A stretch of DNA of 53,876 nt from an uncultured delta proteobacterium (lineage in GTDB: Bacteria; Desulfobacterota; Syntrophobacteria; Syntrophobacterales; Syntrophobacteraceae). The stretch is taken from positions 1 through 53,876 of the forward strand of contig CAVRZU010000183.1 in assembly GCA_963725365.1 (NCBI GenBank), in the 5' to 3' direction. The translations under genes and the position numbers were made by a program. A model generated the notes under the pieces. The model saw only the letters and a program-made list of their open reading frames with translations. It was not told the DNA's origin and did no database searches. Positions 10,599 to 22,290 of this stretch are shown here, in pieces; the stretch's first letter is position 1; each line of letters opens with the position of its first letter.

Positions 10599-11333
10599 GT
10601 GTCGCGCGAACTCAAAAAGCTGATCGTTAAAGACATTGTAAAGAGTTATCAGGGACGGCGTGTTGTCGATCATGTCAGCCTCGAATTGCATGAGGCGCAA
10701 ATTGTAGGGCTGCTTGGACCAAACGGCGCCGGGAAATCGACGACCTTTTACAGCGTAGTGGGCATAATCCGTCCGGACAGTGGGGCTGTATATCTTAATG
10801 GGGAAAACATAACGGCTCAGCCGATGTACTTAAGGGCCAGAAAAGGGGTCACCTACCTGTCCCAGGAACCTTCCGTTTTCCGCAAGCTGACTGTGGAACA
10901 GAATATAATGGCCATTCTCGAAACTCTCGAGATTGGAAAAGAGGAGAGGCAGGCAAGGCTCAAAGAACTTCTCGGTGAGTTGCGGATAGCACATCTTGCT
11001 AAAAATAAGGCCGACAGGCTTTCGGGGGGTGAGAGAAGGCGAGTGGAAATTACACGGGCACTCGTTACTCAACCCAGTTTTATTCTGCTCGATGAACCGT
11101 TCGCGGGCATAGACCCGCTCGCTGTCGTGGAAATCCAGGGTCTTATCATGGCGCTCAAAGCAAAGGGCATAGGCGTAATGATTTCCGATCACAATGTACG
11201 CGAAACGCTCAAGGTGTGTGATTGGGCTTATATAATGCATGAAGGGCGGATCCTGGAGAAAGGAGACCCGGTCAGTATCGCTGAAAGCGATCTTGCCAGG
11301 CGCACCTATCTTGGGGATCAGTTCAGTTTGTAA
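10599..11333 (+). CDS. lptB: LPS export ABC transporter ATPase LptB
   Basis: Walker A GPNGAGKST, signature LSGGERRR and Walker B ILLDEP. GTG start. Confidence 0.9.
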   Translation: MSRELKKLIVKDIVKSYQGRRVVDHVSLELHEAQIVGLLGPNGAGKSTTFYSVVGIIRPDSGAVYLNGENITAQPMYLRARKGVTYLSQEPSVFRKLTVEQNIMAILETLEIGKEERQARLKELLGELRIAHLAKNKADRLSGGERRRVEITRALVTQPSFILLDEPFAGIDPLAVVEIQGLIMALKAKGIGVMISDHNVRETLKVCDWAYIMHEGRILEKGDPVSIAESDLARRTYLGDQFSL

Positions 11334-11342
11334 ATGGATTGA

Positions 11343-12791
11343 TTGATGGCATTGGAACTAAAACAGCAGCTAAGACTGAGCCAACAGCTCATTATGACCC
11401 CCCAGCTGCAGCAGGCGATCAAGCTGCTGCAACTTTCGCGATTGGAATTGCTGGAAACGATTCACCAGGAACTGGAAACAAATCCTCTGCTCGAAGAGTC
11501 CCAGGAAGAACTTCCCACCGAACAGGACGCTGAACTCGAGACTCTCACCACGGAAGAGACTCCTTTCCAGGAAGTGCAGCTTTCTGAAAAAATGCGGCAA
11601 GACTTTGATTGGGAAGGGTATTTGGATGAATACAATACAAGCACCCCCGCGTTTGCTGAAACCGACCCTAACCAGGAATGGCCGAGCTTCGACAGCAGGC
11701 TCAGCGAACCCACATCGTTAAAAGACCATCTCGAATGGCAGATCAGACTTTCGGACTTCTCCGATGAGGAACGGGAAATAGGTGCGTGCATAATCGGAAA
11801 TCTCGACAATGACGGCTATCTCGATGCGACAATTGAAGAGGTAGTCGAAATGTCCGGGGCAACTCCGGCAATGGTTGAACAAGTCCGGCAGGATACAGAC
11901 CTTCGATCCGACCGGGGTTGGCGCCAGGGACCTCAAGGAATGTCTGCTGGTGCAGGCTAAGAACCTCGATCTCGATAGACGGAGCTTGTTGTCCGAATAA
12001 TAGAGGACCACCTGCACTATCTTGAAACAAAAAATTATGCCGCTCTGGTTCGCGCCCTCAAACGCAGTCCCGAGGAAGTAAAGGCTGCGGTAGAAATTAT
12101 ACTCGGGCTCGATCCCAGACCGGGCAGCGCATTCAACAAAGAGACTGTCGAATATATCAGCCCCGATATCTACATTTTTAGAATTGATGACGAATGGGTC
12201 ATATTGCTAAACGAAGACGGTATGCCCAAACTGAGGGTCAGCTCTTATTACAAGGACGCCCTTGGAGAGGGCGATTCGCTGCCCACCGAAACCAGGGACT
12301 ACATTCAGACGAAGCTGCGTTCGGCCGCCTGGCTCATCAAGAGCATTCACCAGAGACAGCGGACCCTCTACAAGGTGTCCCAGAGCATAGTGAAGCTGCA
12401 GACGGATTTCTTTGAAAAAGGGGTGGCGCACCTCAGGCCAATGGTGCTAAGAGACGTTGCCGAAGATGTCGGAATGCATGAATCGACCATCAGCAGGGTT
12501 ACCGCAAGTAAGTACATGCATACGCCGCATGGGATTTTTGAGTTGAAATATTTCTTTAACAGTTCAATAAATAGCGTGATGGGCGAAGCGGTCGCCTCGG
12601 AGTCTGTAAAGGATCGAATACGGCATCTTGTTCGAGAGGAGGACTCCTCAAAGCCATACAGCGATCAGGAACTAGTGGAGATTCTGGAAAAGGAAAATAT
12701 CAGCATCGCCAGGCGCACCGTCGCCAAGTACCGTGAGATGCTGGGGATTTTGCCCTCCAACAGAAGACGGAAATCTTCCTGGGGGTCCTGA
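11343..12791 (+). CDS. rpoN: RNA polymerase sigma-54 factor, with two frameshifts near 11890 and 11995
   Basis: N-terminal region I LELKQQLRLSQQLIMTPQLQQAIKLLQLSRLEL. The middle part IQTFDPTGVGARDLKECLLVQ is in another frame. The C-terminal RpoN box is ARRTVAKYRE. Confidence 0.9.
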
Positions 12792-12810
12792 GAGACAAAA
12801 AGGGATAATC

Positions 12811-13357
12811 ATGCAGATTAAAATATCTTTCCGGCATATCGAACCTTCAGATCCCTTGAAATCTTATGTTGAAGACAAGCTCGCAAGAGTTAAGAAATAC
12901 CTGGAAGAACCCATAGAAGCCCACGTGGTGCTCAGAGTGGGAAAAATTCCGGCACATCGCCGAAGTCTCCATCGACGCCCCGGGCTTTCGGCTCAACGGC
13001 ACCGAAGAAACCGATAGCATGTATTCCAGCATCGACCTGCTCGTGGATAGCCTTGAGGCACAGGCTGCCAGGAAAGGGAAGGAAAAAGTCAACCGGCGCA
13101 GGTCCGGCGGGGGGGGCCAAAAGGACTCAACCGGATTGTCTGAAGCCGCAGAGCGTTCGCCCCATGACGACAAAGAGCTTCGAGTGATAAGAGCTGAGCA
13201 GGTTTACGCAAAGCCTATGCACCTCGATGAAGCGGTAATGGAGTTAAACCTTTCGAACGGCGAGTTCATGTTGTTCACAAACAGGAGCACGCACCGGGTT
13301 AATGTTCTGTACAAGAGAAAAGACGGCAATCTCGGCCTCATTGAAGCAGTCGGGTAG
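12811..13357 (+). CDS. hpf: Ribosome hibernation promoting factor (long HPF), with a frameshift near 12945
   Basis: The N-terminus MQIKISFRHIEPSDPLKSYVEDKL and the C-terminal domain VIRAEQVYAKPMHLDEAVMELNL...FMLFTN...VNVLYKRKDGNLGLIE lie in different frames. Confidence 0.8.
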
Positions 13358-13451
13358 TTGAACGGAGGGCGCGCAAGAAAGGACTGAGCGTTGAGTGCTG
13401 CTCCTCAGGCCTCTTTTCGGTCCTATTCTCAGTTGCGGTAGAGGAAATTTA

Positions 13452-13913
13452 ATGAAAATTCTAGATATTCTCGCAGTGGACTCCATTGTTCCCGAACTCA
13501 AGGGGAGAAACAAAAATCAGGTGCTTGAAGAGCTGATTGATGCCGTGAAACAGAATAAACCCCATCTGGATCGCGATCAGTTCATGAAAGTCTTGCTCGA
13601 AAGAGAAAGACTGGGCAGCACCGGAATCGGGGACGGGATTGCCATTCCACATGGGAAGCTAAATGATATCAAGGACCTGGCGCTCTCATTCGGCCGTTCG
13701 ACGGAAGGCATTGATTTCGAATCCATGGATGGAAAGCCTGTTCACCTTTTCTTTCTTCTAGTGGCGCCTGAGGCGTGCGCAGGAGTTCACCTGAGGGCAC
13801 TGGCAAAGATCGCCAGGCTGCTTAAAAACGGAACTGTGAGAAAGAGGCTTGCCAAAGTTGACAGCCGGGAAGACATCTTTTCAATCATTCAGCAGGAAGA
13901 CGAGGATTTCTAG
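13452..13913 (+). CDS. ptsN: PTS-Ntr EIIA component
   Basis: Contains LLERERLGSTGIGDGIAIPHGK (active-site His) and VHLFFLLVAPE. It follows rpoN-hpf. Confidence 0.85.
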   Translation: MKILDILAVDSIVPELKGRNKNQVLEELIDAVKQNKPHLDRDQFMKVLLERERLGSTGIGDGIAIPHGKLNDIKDLALSFGRSTEGIDFESMDGKPVHLFFLLVAPEACAGVHLRALAKIARLLKNGTVRKRLAKVDSREDIFSIIQQEDEDF

Positions 13914-14014
13914 CCCGGACTTTTCCTCAAGGATAGCAGCTTGCGCCCTCCTTTTTTCCCTCCGATTCGTTGTGTGCCCGCACTTTGCCGGATTTGGATA
14001 TGCAGGGATTGCAA

Positions 14015-14890
14015 ATGAACCCAAGAAAGCTGCACGTTATTGTTGTCACTGGTCTTTCCGGATCTGGTAAAAGTACCGCGATCAAAGCTTTTGAGGATAT
14101 AGACTATTTTTGCATCGACAACCTGCCGGTGCCTCTGCTGGGGAGCCTTCTGCAACTGTGCGAGCAAGATATGCCGGACATGAAGAGGATCGCCCTGGGA
14201 ATAGACATCAGGGAGCGCAAGTTCCTCAAAGATTACAACCAGATATTTTCGGTGCTGGAAGATGCCGGCTACAGGTTCGAAATCATTTTTCTCGAAGCAA
14301 GCGATGAAATATTGCAGCGAAGATATAGTCAGACCCGCAGGGTCCACCCTGCAGCCCCTTCCGAGCATCAGTTGCTCCAGGCAATCGACTTTGAGCGGGA
14401 GCAGTTGCGCGCGCTGCGCGGCAGGGCAACCAGGGTCATCGATACCGGTACTCTTTCGGTCCATGAACTTAAGCGGCTTATAACGAGGACCTATTCTTAC
14501 ACCGCCGAAAGTGAGCAACTCAGTATCCAGGTCCTCTCCTTCGGCTACAAATACGGAGTTCCGCTTGAAGCCGACCTGGTAATGGACGTGAGATTCCTTC
14601 CAAACCCGTACTTTATAGAAAATTTAAAAGACCTGGATGGCTGTTCGGCCCCTGTCCATTCATGGGTATTACAATGGCCCTCGGTGCAGGAGTTTCTCTC
14701 CGATTATTGCGCGTTGCTTCTCAAGCTTCTGCCCTCTTACGTGCAGGAAGGCAAGCGGTATCTAACCGTGGCTTTCGGGTGTACAGGAGGCAAGCACCGC
14801 TCGGTTGTAATCGCCGAAGGAATCGCTGACAGGTTGAGAAAAAATAGTTATCATGTAACAGTGTTCCATAGAGATATTAATCTGGAATGA
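14015..14890 (+). CDS. rapZ: RNase adapter / nucleotide-binding protein RapZ
   Basis: Walker A VVTGLSGSGKST, then DNLP and the C-terminal FGCTGGKHRSV. Confidence 0.85.
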   Translation: MNPRKLHVIVVTGLSGSGKSTAIKAFEDIDYFCIDNLPVPLLGSLLQLCEQDMPDMKRIALGIDIRERKFLKDYNQIFSVLEDAGYRFEIIFLEASDEILQRRYSQTRRVHPAAPSEHQLLQAIDFEREQLRALRGRATRVIDTGTLSVHELKRLITRTYSYTAESEQLSIQVLSFGYKYGVPLEADLVMDVRFLPNPYFIENLKDLDGCSAPVHSWVLQWPSVQEFLSDYCALLLKLLPSYVQEGKRYLTVAFGCTGGKHRSVVIAEGIADRLRKNSYHVTVFHRDINLE

Positions 14891-14900
14891 GAGGTTTGAA

Positions 14901-15329
14901 TTGAGCCGGGAAAACGATACGGGCCTCATAGGAGTCATAGCCACATCTCACTGCAGGCTGGCCGAAGAGATGCTCGCGTGCGCCGAGATGATCGTCGGCC
15001 CCATGCAGAACTGCAAGGCCGTCTGCTTCAAACCGGCTCAGACAGTTGACGAATTGATCAAGCTGATGGGGGACGCGATAAAAGAGGTGGACCAGGGAAA
15101 GGGCGTTTTGATACTCACCGACCTTTTTGGCGGCACGCCCGCAAATATCAGCTTGTCGTTCCAGGGACCGAAGGTGGAGGTTGTCTGCGGCATGAATCTT
15201 CCAATGCTGATCAAGCTTGCCAGGTGCCGAAACGGGTATAGTCTGGGCGAAGCTGCTGCTTTGGTGAAAGAGTACGGACAGCGCCACATATCTCTTGCCA
15301 GCGAAGTGCTTTCCCGGTCGGCGAAATAG
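14901..15329 (+). CDS. PTS EIIA component, mannose/fructose family
   Basis: Contains GVIATSHCRLAEEML (His loop) and VLILTDLFGGTPANI. Confidence 0.75.
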   Translation: MSRENDTGLIGVIATSHCRLAEEMLACAEMIVGPMQNCKAVCFKPAQTVDELIKLMGDAIKEVDQGKGVLILTDLFGGTPANISLSFQGPKVEVVCGMNLPMLIKLARCRNGYSLGEAAALVKEYGQRHISLASEVLSRSAK

Positions 15330-15334
15330 TCTAG

Positions 15335-15811
15335 TGGAAATTACTGTCTTCTACCTACCTCTGGCAATCCGATATCGCCTCGATCCTGGAAATAGAATAC
15401 GACAGCCAGCCCGAACCATGGACCCAACGGGCTTTCGTGGAGGAAATCAATAGGGCTGATTCGAACGTCCTGGTGGCGCGGCTGCCCACTGGGGACCTCG
15501 TCGGGCGAGTCGTCTCCGCAGGTCGCGGGATATATTTGCTTCTGGTCGGTTCAAGGCGAGATTCAAATCCTCAATTCGCAGTACGCAAGACCTTAAGGCG
15601 AAAAGGAATAGCTCGAAAGCTCATTGAGACCGCGATTCGACCGGGACGGGAGCGCATGCCGGATTGATCACACTCGAGGTCCGGAAAAGCAATGCCGCTG
15701 CCCGAAAACTCTATGAATCTTTCGGATTTCATTGTGACCGGCGAACGGCCCAACTACTACGGCGTCCTGAAGGAATCGGCTATCCTGATGGAACTCGAAT
15801 TAACGAATTAA
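15335..15811 (+). CDS. rimI: GNAT acetyltransferase, RimI-like, frameshifted
   Basis: ILEIEYDSQPEPWTQRAFVEEI is in one frame. RRKGIARKLIE and ITLEVRKSNAAARKLYESFGF are in others. Start codon unclear. Confidence 0.55.
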
Positions 15812-15823
15812 GGAATTTTCCAC

Positions 15824-18800
15824 ATGCCTTTTGACCAGTTTCAATCAGACGCTCTCACCAGGAACCTGGACCTGACAAATATCGCGGTAGTTATTCCGCA
15901 ATCTTTTCAGATCCCTGGAGGATGCGGTTAAAGGTTATGCCGGCAAGGAAAAGCAGGCCCGCGAGCTTCTTTTGGAATACCATCACAGGTACAGGAACTG
16001 GCATTTTGTTGTTCAGGAAACCCAGAGGTATGCCGTCGGCAATCTGCGGCTCTATCGAAACAGCGAGCTTTGCGGCAAGGTGATATATCTGCTATCGGGC
16101 ATTTTTATCGATGCCCTGAAAAGGTCGGAACGGTTTGAAATTCAAAGCCTTGCCGCCGATCATCTTCTGTCATACTGGATCAAACTCCTGGAGGAAATGC
16201 CCGAAGAAATGGCCAAACCGGCCTTGGGCGATATCAGCGCCGACGCAATAGAGACGGTCTTCAAAAAGGACGCTTCATTCCATCAGGGAATTCTGAGGCA
16301 TTTTTTGTATGAACTCTCAGAACTGCCCGAGGCGCCTTTTGAGTTCCTAATGCGAAGTTTTTACCCTCCCAAACGCATCGGGTCCCGGCTGCTGAGAATC
16401 TGGGAAAACGGTTCCTCATTTGTGGAACTCAGGGCTTTTCTGGTAAGATTTCTAAGGAATACTTATGAGTTCTGGCTGCGCAGGGAAGACCCCGGCGCGT
16501 GGTTGGATGAGCATGGGAGGTAGACTCTGTCCTGCAGATCCCTGGGCGGAATCGCTCAGCCACGATCTTTTATCCAGGCGACTGCACGTGCTGGAGACTG
16601 AAGTCGTTGCGGACCCCGATAATCGCAAGGCTGTCGAAGCCCTGACCGGCATGATCGACTTCCACGATATCATTCAAATCTATTTCCGTTTGCCTCAAAA
16701 GCTCGATGATAATGGAGGCAAGGCTGAAACAGGTGGTGCAGGCGCCCAGGCGGCTCATAACAGCATGCTCTTGCGGCTGAAGATCCTGGAAGTAAAGGGG
16801 CTCGAAGCTATTCAGGAAGATGTGCTTCGAGAAATAAACTTCGAGATCGGCAGGTGGATTCGCCAGGAACCCCGAGATCAACTGGAGCCCCTGATCGAGC
16901 GCACATTGAAGGTCCTGGAGATCCCTCTTCAAAACTACCCGCAGGCAGCCATCCAGATCATCCGCACGATGGGTTTGGAAATTACGGCAACAGACCACAG
17001 GCCGTTGATTGATTTCTTCCTGAGGCAAATCATACGGCTTTGTTTTCAGTCTCCCAGGCTTGGACAGGTAAACAACAGATGGCAGATATCGGTAAACCCT
17101 GCCCATCTTCCCAATATAAGGGTCTGGCTCGACATAATAAAATCCAATCCCCTGAGATCGAGGGCGCTCCTTTCCGCCCTGATTGTGAATCTGTCATTGG
17201 GCGGGATCTTCGTCCGGGATACCGATCTTTTTCAAAAAGACGTCTCCCAGTTGCTCAACTCTCCCATTCGCCCTGTTTACAACCTGGTAAAGCAGCTCGC
17301 AAAGCTGTTTCCTGTCTATTTCAGCCAGATTGGGGCCGAAGGACTGCTCAGAAAGGTTTCCACCGATATTGACGAGATCACCGGCAGAGGCGACAAGCTT
17401 ATTCACTTCCTTAGAAAACAAAGTCATGTGGAAAGCAACAATGCAATTGTATCTTTCATACAGGGAATAATCGAATACTGGCGCACAATGGATAAAAAGC
17501 GCCTGGAAGGGCTGATCCCGGATGAGGTCTATTGCGAAGTCCCTGAATCCGGGCCTCTGGTCGATGACATCCACAAGATTTTCCAATATCTTTTCAGCAC
17601 CAGGACGATCCACCACGTTCAGGACCTGCTCGATTTGTCAGAAGATCAGGCCCGGGCACTGATTGCACAGGTAGAGGACGTTTCCGAAAAAGAGCGCGCG
17701 CGCGCTTTTCTCATGATCCAGTTCCATCAGCTTCTCCATGAAAAATATGCCCTGAGCTTCAAGGATATTCACATCCATCTCCAGCGCGCAAAAACCATTG
17801 GCCTGCCCGATCCGGGGAAACTGACCGATGCGCTCGAAAACAGTGATAAATATCACTTGCTCAATACCATTCTGGATTATCTCGGCGAGTTGAACGAAGT
17901 CATCCTGACCCCCGGCGAACTGAAGATAATGGAGAACATTTACTACAAACGCCACATCGCAGTAGACATTCCCTCGATGTATGGGTCTTATAACGAACCT
18001 CGCTTCGATGCCCTCGGGCTGACCTTTCGGCTGGAAAACCTCGCTAATGTGCATATTCGAGGAGATCATATTTTCAATCAACCTGAGTTTTATCACAAGG
18101 GCCACATTTCACCGGATCGCGCGTTTCATTCCGCTTTTCATGAAAGCGCTGGAGATTGACGGGATTACCTCCAGCCGCCTCGAGAGCCAGCAGGAGCTTT
18201 TCATTAAAGCCCTTGAGGTCCCCGGGTTCTCGCATTCACAGTTCATGGACATCTTCAGGGGTTTTTCCGAAGCTATAAAGCAGATAATCCAGACCTATTA
18301 CGATTCGGTTCACGATGAAAATCTCGAACTTATAATCAAGCAACTCGGGCCCGACAGACTGATTCAGCGATATCAAAGAGACGGTGAGGCCTCGGCGGAA
18401 AGGAATCCAGAGAGTCTCCGAGAGCTTTCTGCGCGACCTGATCGCCAGGACTTTCGGGCTCCAGTATTTCGACCATTTTATCGCCAGCATTCTGACCACG
18501 CTGGCCACGCAGCGCGAAGGACTGAGCGCCACCGATCTGGACCTGCTGCTCAGCTATGACCCCGGCAGGACTGTTTCCCACATTTATCGCCCGAAAAACG
18601 AGAGTCCACGATTCCATATACATGGGCAGCAAGGGGCACATACTGGCCAATCTGCATTCCATGGGAATCAAGGTCCCGCCCGGTTTCGTCATAACTACCG
18701 AGTATTTCCGGTGCAGGCCCGTGATAGAGAGTTTCTGGCAATCGCGTGAGGATTTCGTAGAGCGGGTGCATGTCAATGGTGGCCCAGGCTGGAGGTCGAA

Positions 18801-20115
18801 ACCGGGCCGCAAGTTCGGCCACTCTGCCAACCCGCTTCTTTTCTCGGTCCGTAGCGGCTCTGCCGTCTCGATGCCCGGAATGATGAATACATTTCTCAAC
18901 GTGGGAATCAACGAACAAATAGTAGAAGGCCTTATTTCGCAGACCGGTGAAGCCTGGTTCGCCTGGGACAATTACAGGCGCTTTGTCCAGTCCTGGGGAA
19001 TGTCATTTGGAATTCCGCGCGACGAGTTCAGCGGAGTGATGAACAAGTACAAGAGAAGATATGGCAGGTCCGTCAAACGGGAATTCTCCCCGGTTGAAAT
19101 CAGAGAGCTTGCCCTTGCCTACCGGGAAGTGCTGAAGGCTCATAATATCGAATTTTGCCGAATCTCCCCGAGGAACAGCTCTTAACGGCCATTCAGCAGG
19201 TCGTGGAATCATGGGAATCGGACAAAGCAAAGCACGTACCGGGAAATCATGATGCTCTCGGACAACTGGGGCACTGCCGTTACCATCCAGTCAATGGTGT
19301 TCGGAAACCTGGACACTCATTCGGGGGCCGGTGTCATGTTTACCCATGATCCGCGCACTTCTGCGGACAAGGTCGACCCGGTCGGCGACTTCACCTGGGG
19401 CAACCAGGGAGAAGACGTAGTGGGGGGCCTGGTCAAAACGCTCCCGCTCTCCGAAAAACAAAGACTCGGCGCGGCTGAGCCCAGGGAGACTTCTCTCGAA
19501 GCCCTTTTCCCGCGCGTCTATAAAAGATTGCTGGACATAGCCAGAAAGCTTGTCTATGAAAATCACTGGGCGCCCCAGGAAGTGGAGTTTACATTCCAGG
19601 GGGAGGGTGAAGAGGGCGTCTATGTCTTGCAGTCCCGTGACATGATCCCCCGCATAAAGCGCTACTATCCGGTTTTCAAGAAGATCGAAGACCTGCACTC
19701 CAGGTACCTGGGAAGCGGTATCGGGGTCAGCGGCGGCGCGATTGCCGGACTGGCTGCCTTTGACCTGGAATCCATCCAGCGCATCAAAAAAGAGCACCCC
19801 GGACAACCGGTTATCCTGATCCGCTCCGACACCGTCCCCGATGATATACACGAGATTTCGATTGCAGATGGGCTCCTGACCGCCAAGGGGGGCGCCACAT
19901 CGCACGCCGCCATCGTCGCCCACCGGCTTGACAAAACGTGCGTAGTCGGTTTGGGCCGCATGAGGGTCCGAGACTCGGAAAATACGTGCGCAATCGACGG
20001 CCACCCGGTTAAAACAGGCGACTCGATAAGCATTGACGGCAGGAGCGGAGCAGTCTACTCGGGAATGCTGGAAGTGGAACGGGTAAATCTTTCGTCTAGT
20101 GCGGATTATGAGTAG
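15824..20115 (+). CDS. Large PPDK/PEP-synthase-like protein: roughly 900-aa unassigned N-terminal region, an ATP-grasp nucleotide-binding domain and a swivelling phosphohistidine domain. At least 5 frameshifts.
   Basis: Contains GSKGHILANLHSMGIKVPPGFVITTEYF, LLFSVRSGSAVSMPGMMNTFLNVG, TAVTIQSMVFGN...SGAGVMFTHDP and GLLTAKGGATSHAAIVAHRLDKTCVVG. The ORF pieces 15824, 15972, 16465, 18047, 18556 and 19249 are colinear. No PEP/pyruvate TIM-barrel domain follows. Confidence 0.7.
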
Positions 20116-20240
20116 ACAGGGCTGAGGACTGAGGAGGGGCGTAGACTGAGAACCTGGTCGTCAAGCACTAAGAACAGCAGGATGGGCGGAGCGAAGAGAC
20201 TGTGTCGTAATTCAGAAATTGCTCGGACATCTTAACTATC

Positions 20241-20279
20241 TTTCTCGGCCTTTCCTCCGTGCTCTCTGTGTCTCTGTGG
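20241..20279 (-). repeat. Dispersed repeat, copy A (CCACAGAGACACAGAGAGCAC... family)
   Basis: The reverse complement matches 52571-52608 with 3 differences. It lies in the convergent intergenic gap between the PPDK-like gene and pstS. Confidence 0.7.
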
Positions 20280-20296
20280 TCAAACCGTAATTCGCT

Positions 20297-21403
20297 TCAA
20301 GGCTCCACCGTATTCAAAGCTGCAACGGACCTTTCGACGATGCCGGCAGGCAAAGGGAGATAGCCCAATTGATCGCTATAGGCCTGTCCTTCATGGAGGC
20401 ACCAGCTGAAAATTTCTCGTATGGCCCGGGCCTTTTTCTGATCGTCGTAGCGGTCATAGAGCAGGACCCAGGTCAGCGTTACGATGGGGTATGAATCCGG
20501 GCCGTCCGGGTCGGGGATAAAAAGCCGCAGGTTTTGCGGCAAAACAGCCGACGAGATCGATATTATGGCGCTTTCCGGGCTTGGCAGGATGTAATTGCCG
20601 GACTTATTCTGGAGATAGGCAATTTCAAGGCCCAGTTTCCGGGCAAAACCCAGTTCCATATACCCGATGGAGCCGAGAGACTCGCGGACCAGCCCGGCGA
20701 CCCCCTCGTTTCCTTTCGCCCTCATCGCTCTGCCGGGCCAATCCACGATTTTTGCCGGACCGTACTTTTGACGCCACTCGCCGCTGATGGCGTCGAGGTG
20801 CTTGGTGAAGGCGAAAGTGGTGCCGCTGCCGTCGCTCCTCACCACCGCAGTGATTGTCATTTTCGGTAGCTGCATGCCCGGATTGCACTCTCTTATGACC
20901 GGATCGTTCCAATCTTTGATCTTTCCGAGAAAAATACCGGCCAGGGCTTTCCGGCTCAGCTTCAGCTCACCCTTGAGCCCGGGTATGTTATAAGCGAGCA
21001 CTACGCCGCCTGCAGTCATGGGGACCATTTTTACGCCGCGCTCTACGCGGGCGATTTCAGCATCGGTCATAGCCGCATCGCTGGCGCCGAAATCCACTCG
21101 TTTCTCCTCGGCTATGCCCTTGCCGATGAATCGTTCAATGCCCGCGCCGCTGCCCACCGGTTCATATTTCACAACGATATCGGGATGGGACACCCTATAC
21201 AGACCAAACCACTTTTCGTACAAGGGGGCAGGGAAAGTCGCCCCCGCTCCCTTGAGCAGGACGGAACCGGACGCCAGTTTGGCTGTAGATGTTTTTCCGG
21301 CAGGTGCGCTCACTTCGGTTTGCTTCTCTTCGGAGCGGGAGCATCCCGTAGCCAGCACAAACATTACCAGAGCAGGGACCAGTAGCTTAATCCGGGCTGT
21401 CAT
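20297..21403 (-). CDS. pstS: Phosphate ABC transporter substrate-binding protein (distal copy)
   Basis: Lipoprotein-type signal (LATGC), then GAGATFPAPLYEKWF and DFGASDAAMTDAE. Confidence 0.85.
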   Translation of the reverse strand: MTARIKLLVPALVMFVLATGCSRSEEKQTEVSAPAGKTSTAKLASGSVLLKGAGATFPAPLYEKWFGLYRVSHPDIVVKYEPVGSGAGIERFIGKGIAEEKRVDFGASDAAMTDAEIARVERGVKMVPMTAGGVVLAYNIPGLKGELKLSRKALAGIFLGKIKDWNDPVIRECNPGMQLPKMTITAVVRSDGSGTTFAFTKHLDAISGEWRQKYGPAKIVDWPGRAMRAKGNEGVAGLVRESLGSIGYMELGFARKLGLEIAYLQNKSGNYILPSPESAIISISSAVLPQNLRLFIPDPDGPDSYPIVTLTWVLLYDRYDDQKKARAIREIFSWCLHEGQAYSDQLGYLPLPAGIVERSVAALNTVEP

Positions 21404-21423
21404 AATCGGTTCCTCGCCTGTTA

Positions 21424-22248
21424 CTAGCTGAACCTGCCGCTGATGTAGTCCTGAGTATATTTCTCCACGGGATCTTCGAATATCTGCCGGGTCTCTCCGT
21501 ATTCGACCAGGTAGCCCGTGCGTCCGCCCTGGGTGGTATCGACGTACAAAAACCCCGTCTTGTCAGCTACTCGCTGGGCCTGCTGGAGGTTGTGCGTCAC
21601 TATTACGATCGTGAAGTTCTGCTTGAGTTCGAGCATAAGGTCTTCGATTCTGCGTGTGGCGATCGGATCCAAAGCCGAACAGGGCTCGTCCATGAGCAAA
21701 ACCTGGGGTTGGGTCGCAATGGCCCTGGCTATGCAGAGGCGCTGCTGCTGGCCGCCGGACAGGGAAAGTCCGCTGTCGTGCAGCTTGTCCTTTACCTCGT
21801 CCCACAGTGCTGCGCGCCGGAGCGCATTCTCAACCCGTTCTGCCTTGTCGCCCTTATAGCCGTTTAGCTTCAAACCAAAGGCCACATTGCGAAAAATGCT
21901 CATGGCAAAAGGATTGGGCTGCTGAAACACCATCCCTATATAGCGGCGAACCGCGACGGGGTCGATAGAGGTGTGGTAGATATCGGTCCCCTGGAAACAT
22001 ACCTGCCCCTCGAAGCGAAACCCCCGCACCAGGTCGTTCATGCGGTTGAGGCAGCGCAGCACCGTGCTCTTGCCGCACCCGGAGGGGCCAATGAAGGCTG
22101 TGATCTTGCCACGTTCGATCGCTATCCTTGTATCGCGCACTGCTTTGAATTTGCCGTAATAGAGTTCCCTGACATCACAATCTATTACCACTCCATCTTT
22201 GTCTCCGTTCGAGACGCTGTTTAAGGAACATTGCGGGGCAAGACTCAT
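21424..22248 (-). CDS. pstB: Phosphate ABC transporter ATPase
   Basis: Contains [35 protein letters not shown] and the C-terminal YISGRFS. Confidence 0.9.
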   Translation of the reverse strand: MSLAPQCSLNSVSNGDKDGVVIDCDVRELYYGKFKAVRDTRIAIERGKITAFIGPSGCGKSTVLRCLNRMNDLVRGFRFEGQVCFQGTDIYHTSIDPVAVRRYIGMVFQQPNPFAMSIFRNVAFGLKLNGYKGDKAERVENALRRAALWDEVKDKLHDSGLSLSGGQQQRLCIARAIATQPQVLLMDEPCSALDPIATRRIEDLMLELKQNFTIVIVTHNLQQAQRVADKTGFLYVDTTQGGRTGYLVEYGETRQIFEDPVEKYTQDYISGRFS

Positions 22249-22290
22249 GACATTTACCTCCAGTTATAAGAGCGGTGCTTCAGGACCGCG

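Noticed and set aside
15545-15580. tRNA T-loop-like string (GGTTCAAGG...GATTCAAATCC).
   Set aside because: It lies inside the rimI coding sequence. No acceptor or anticodon stems can be drawn.
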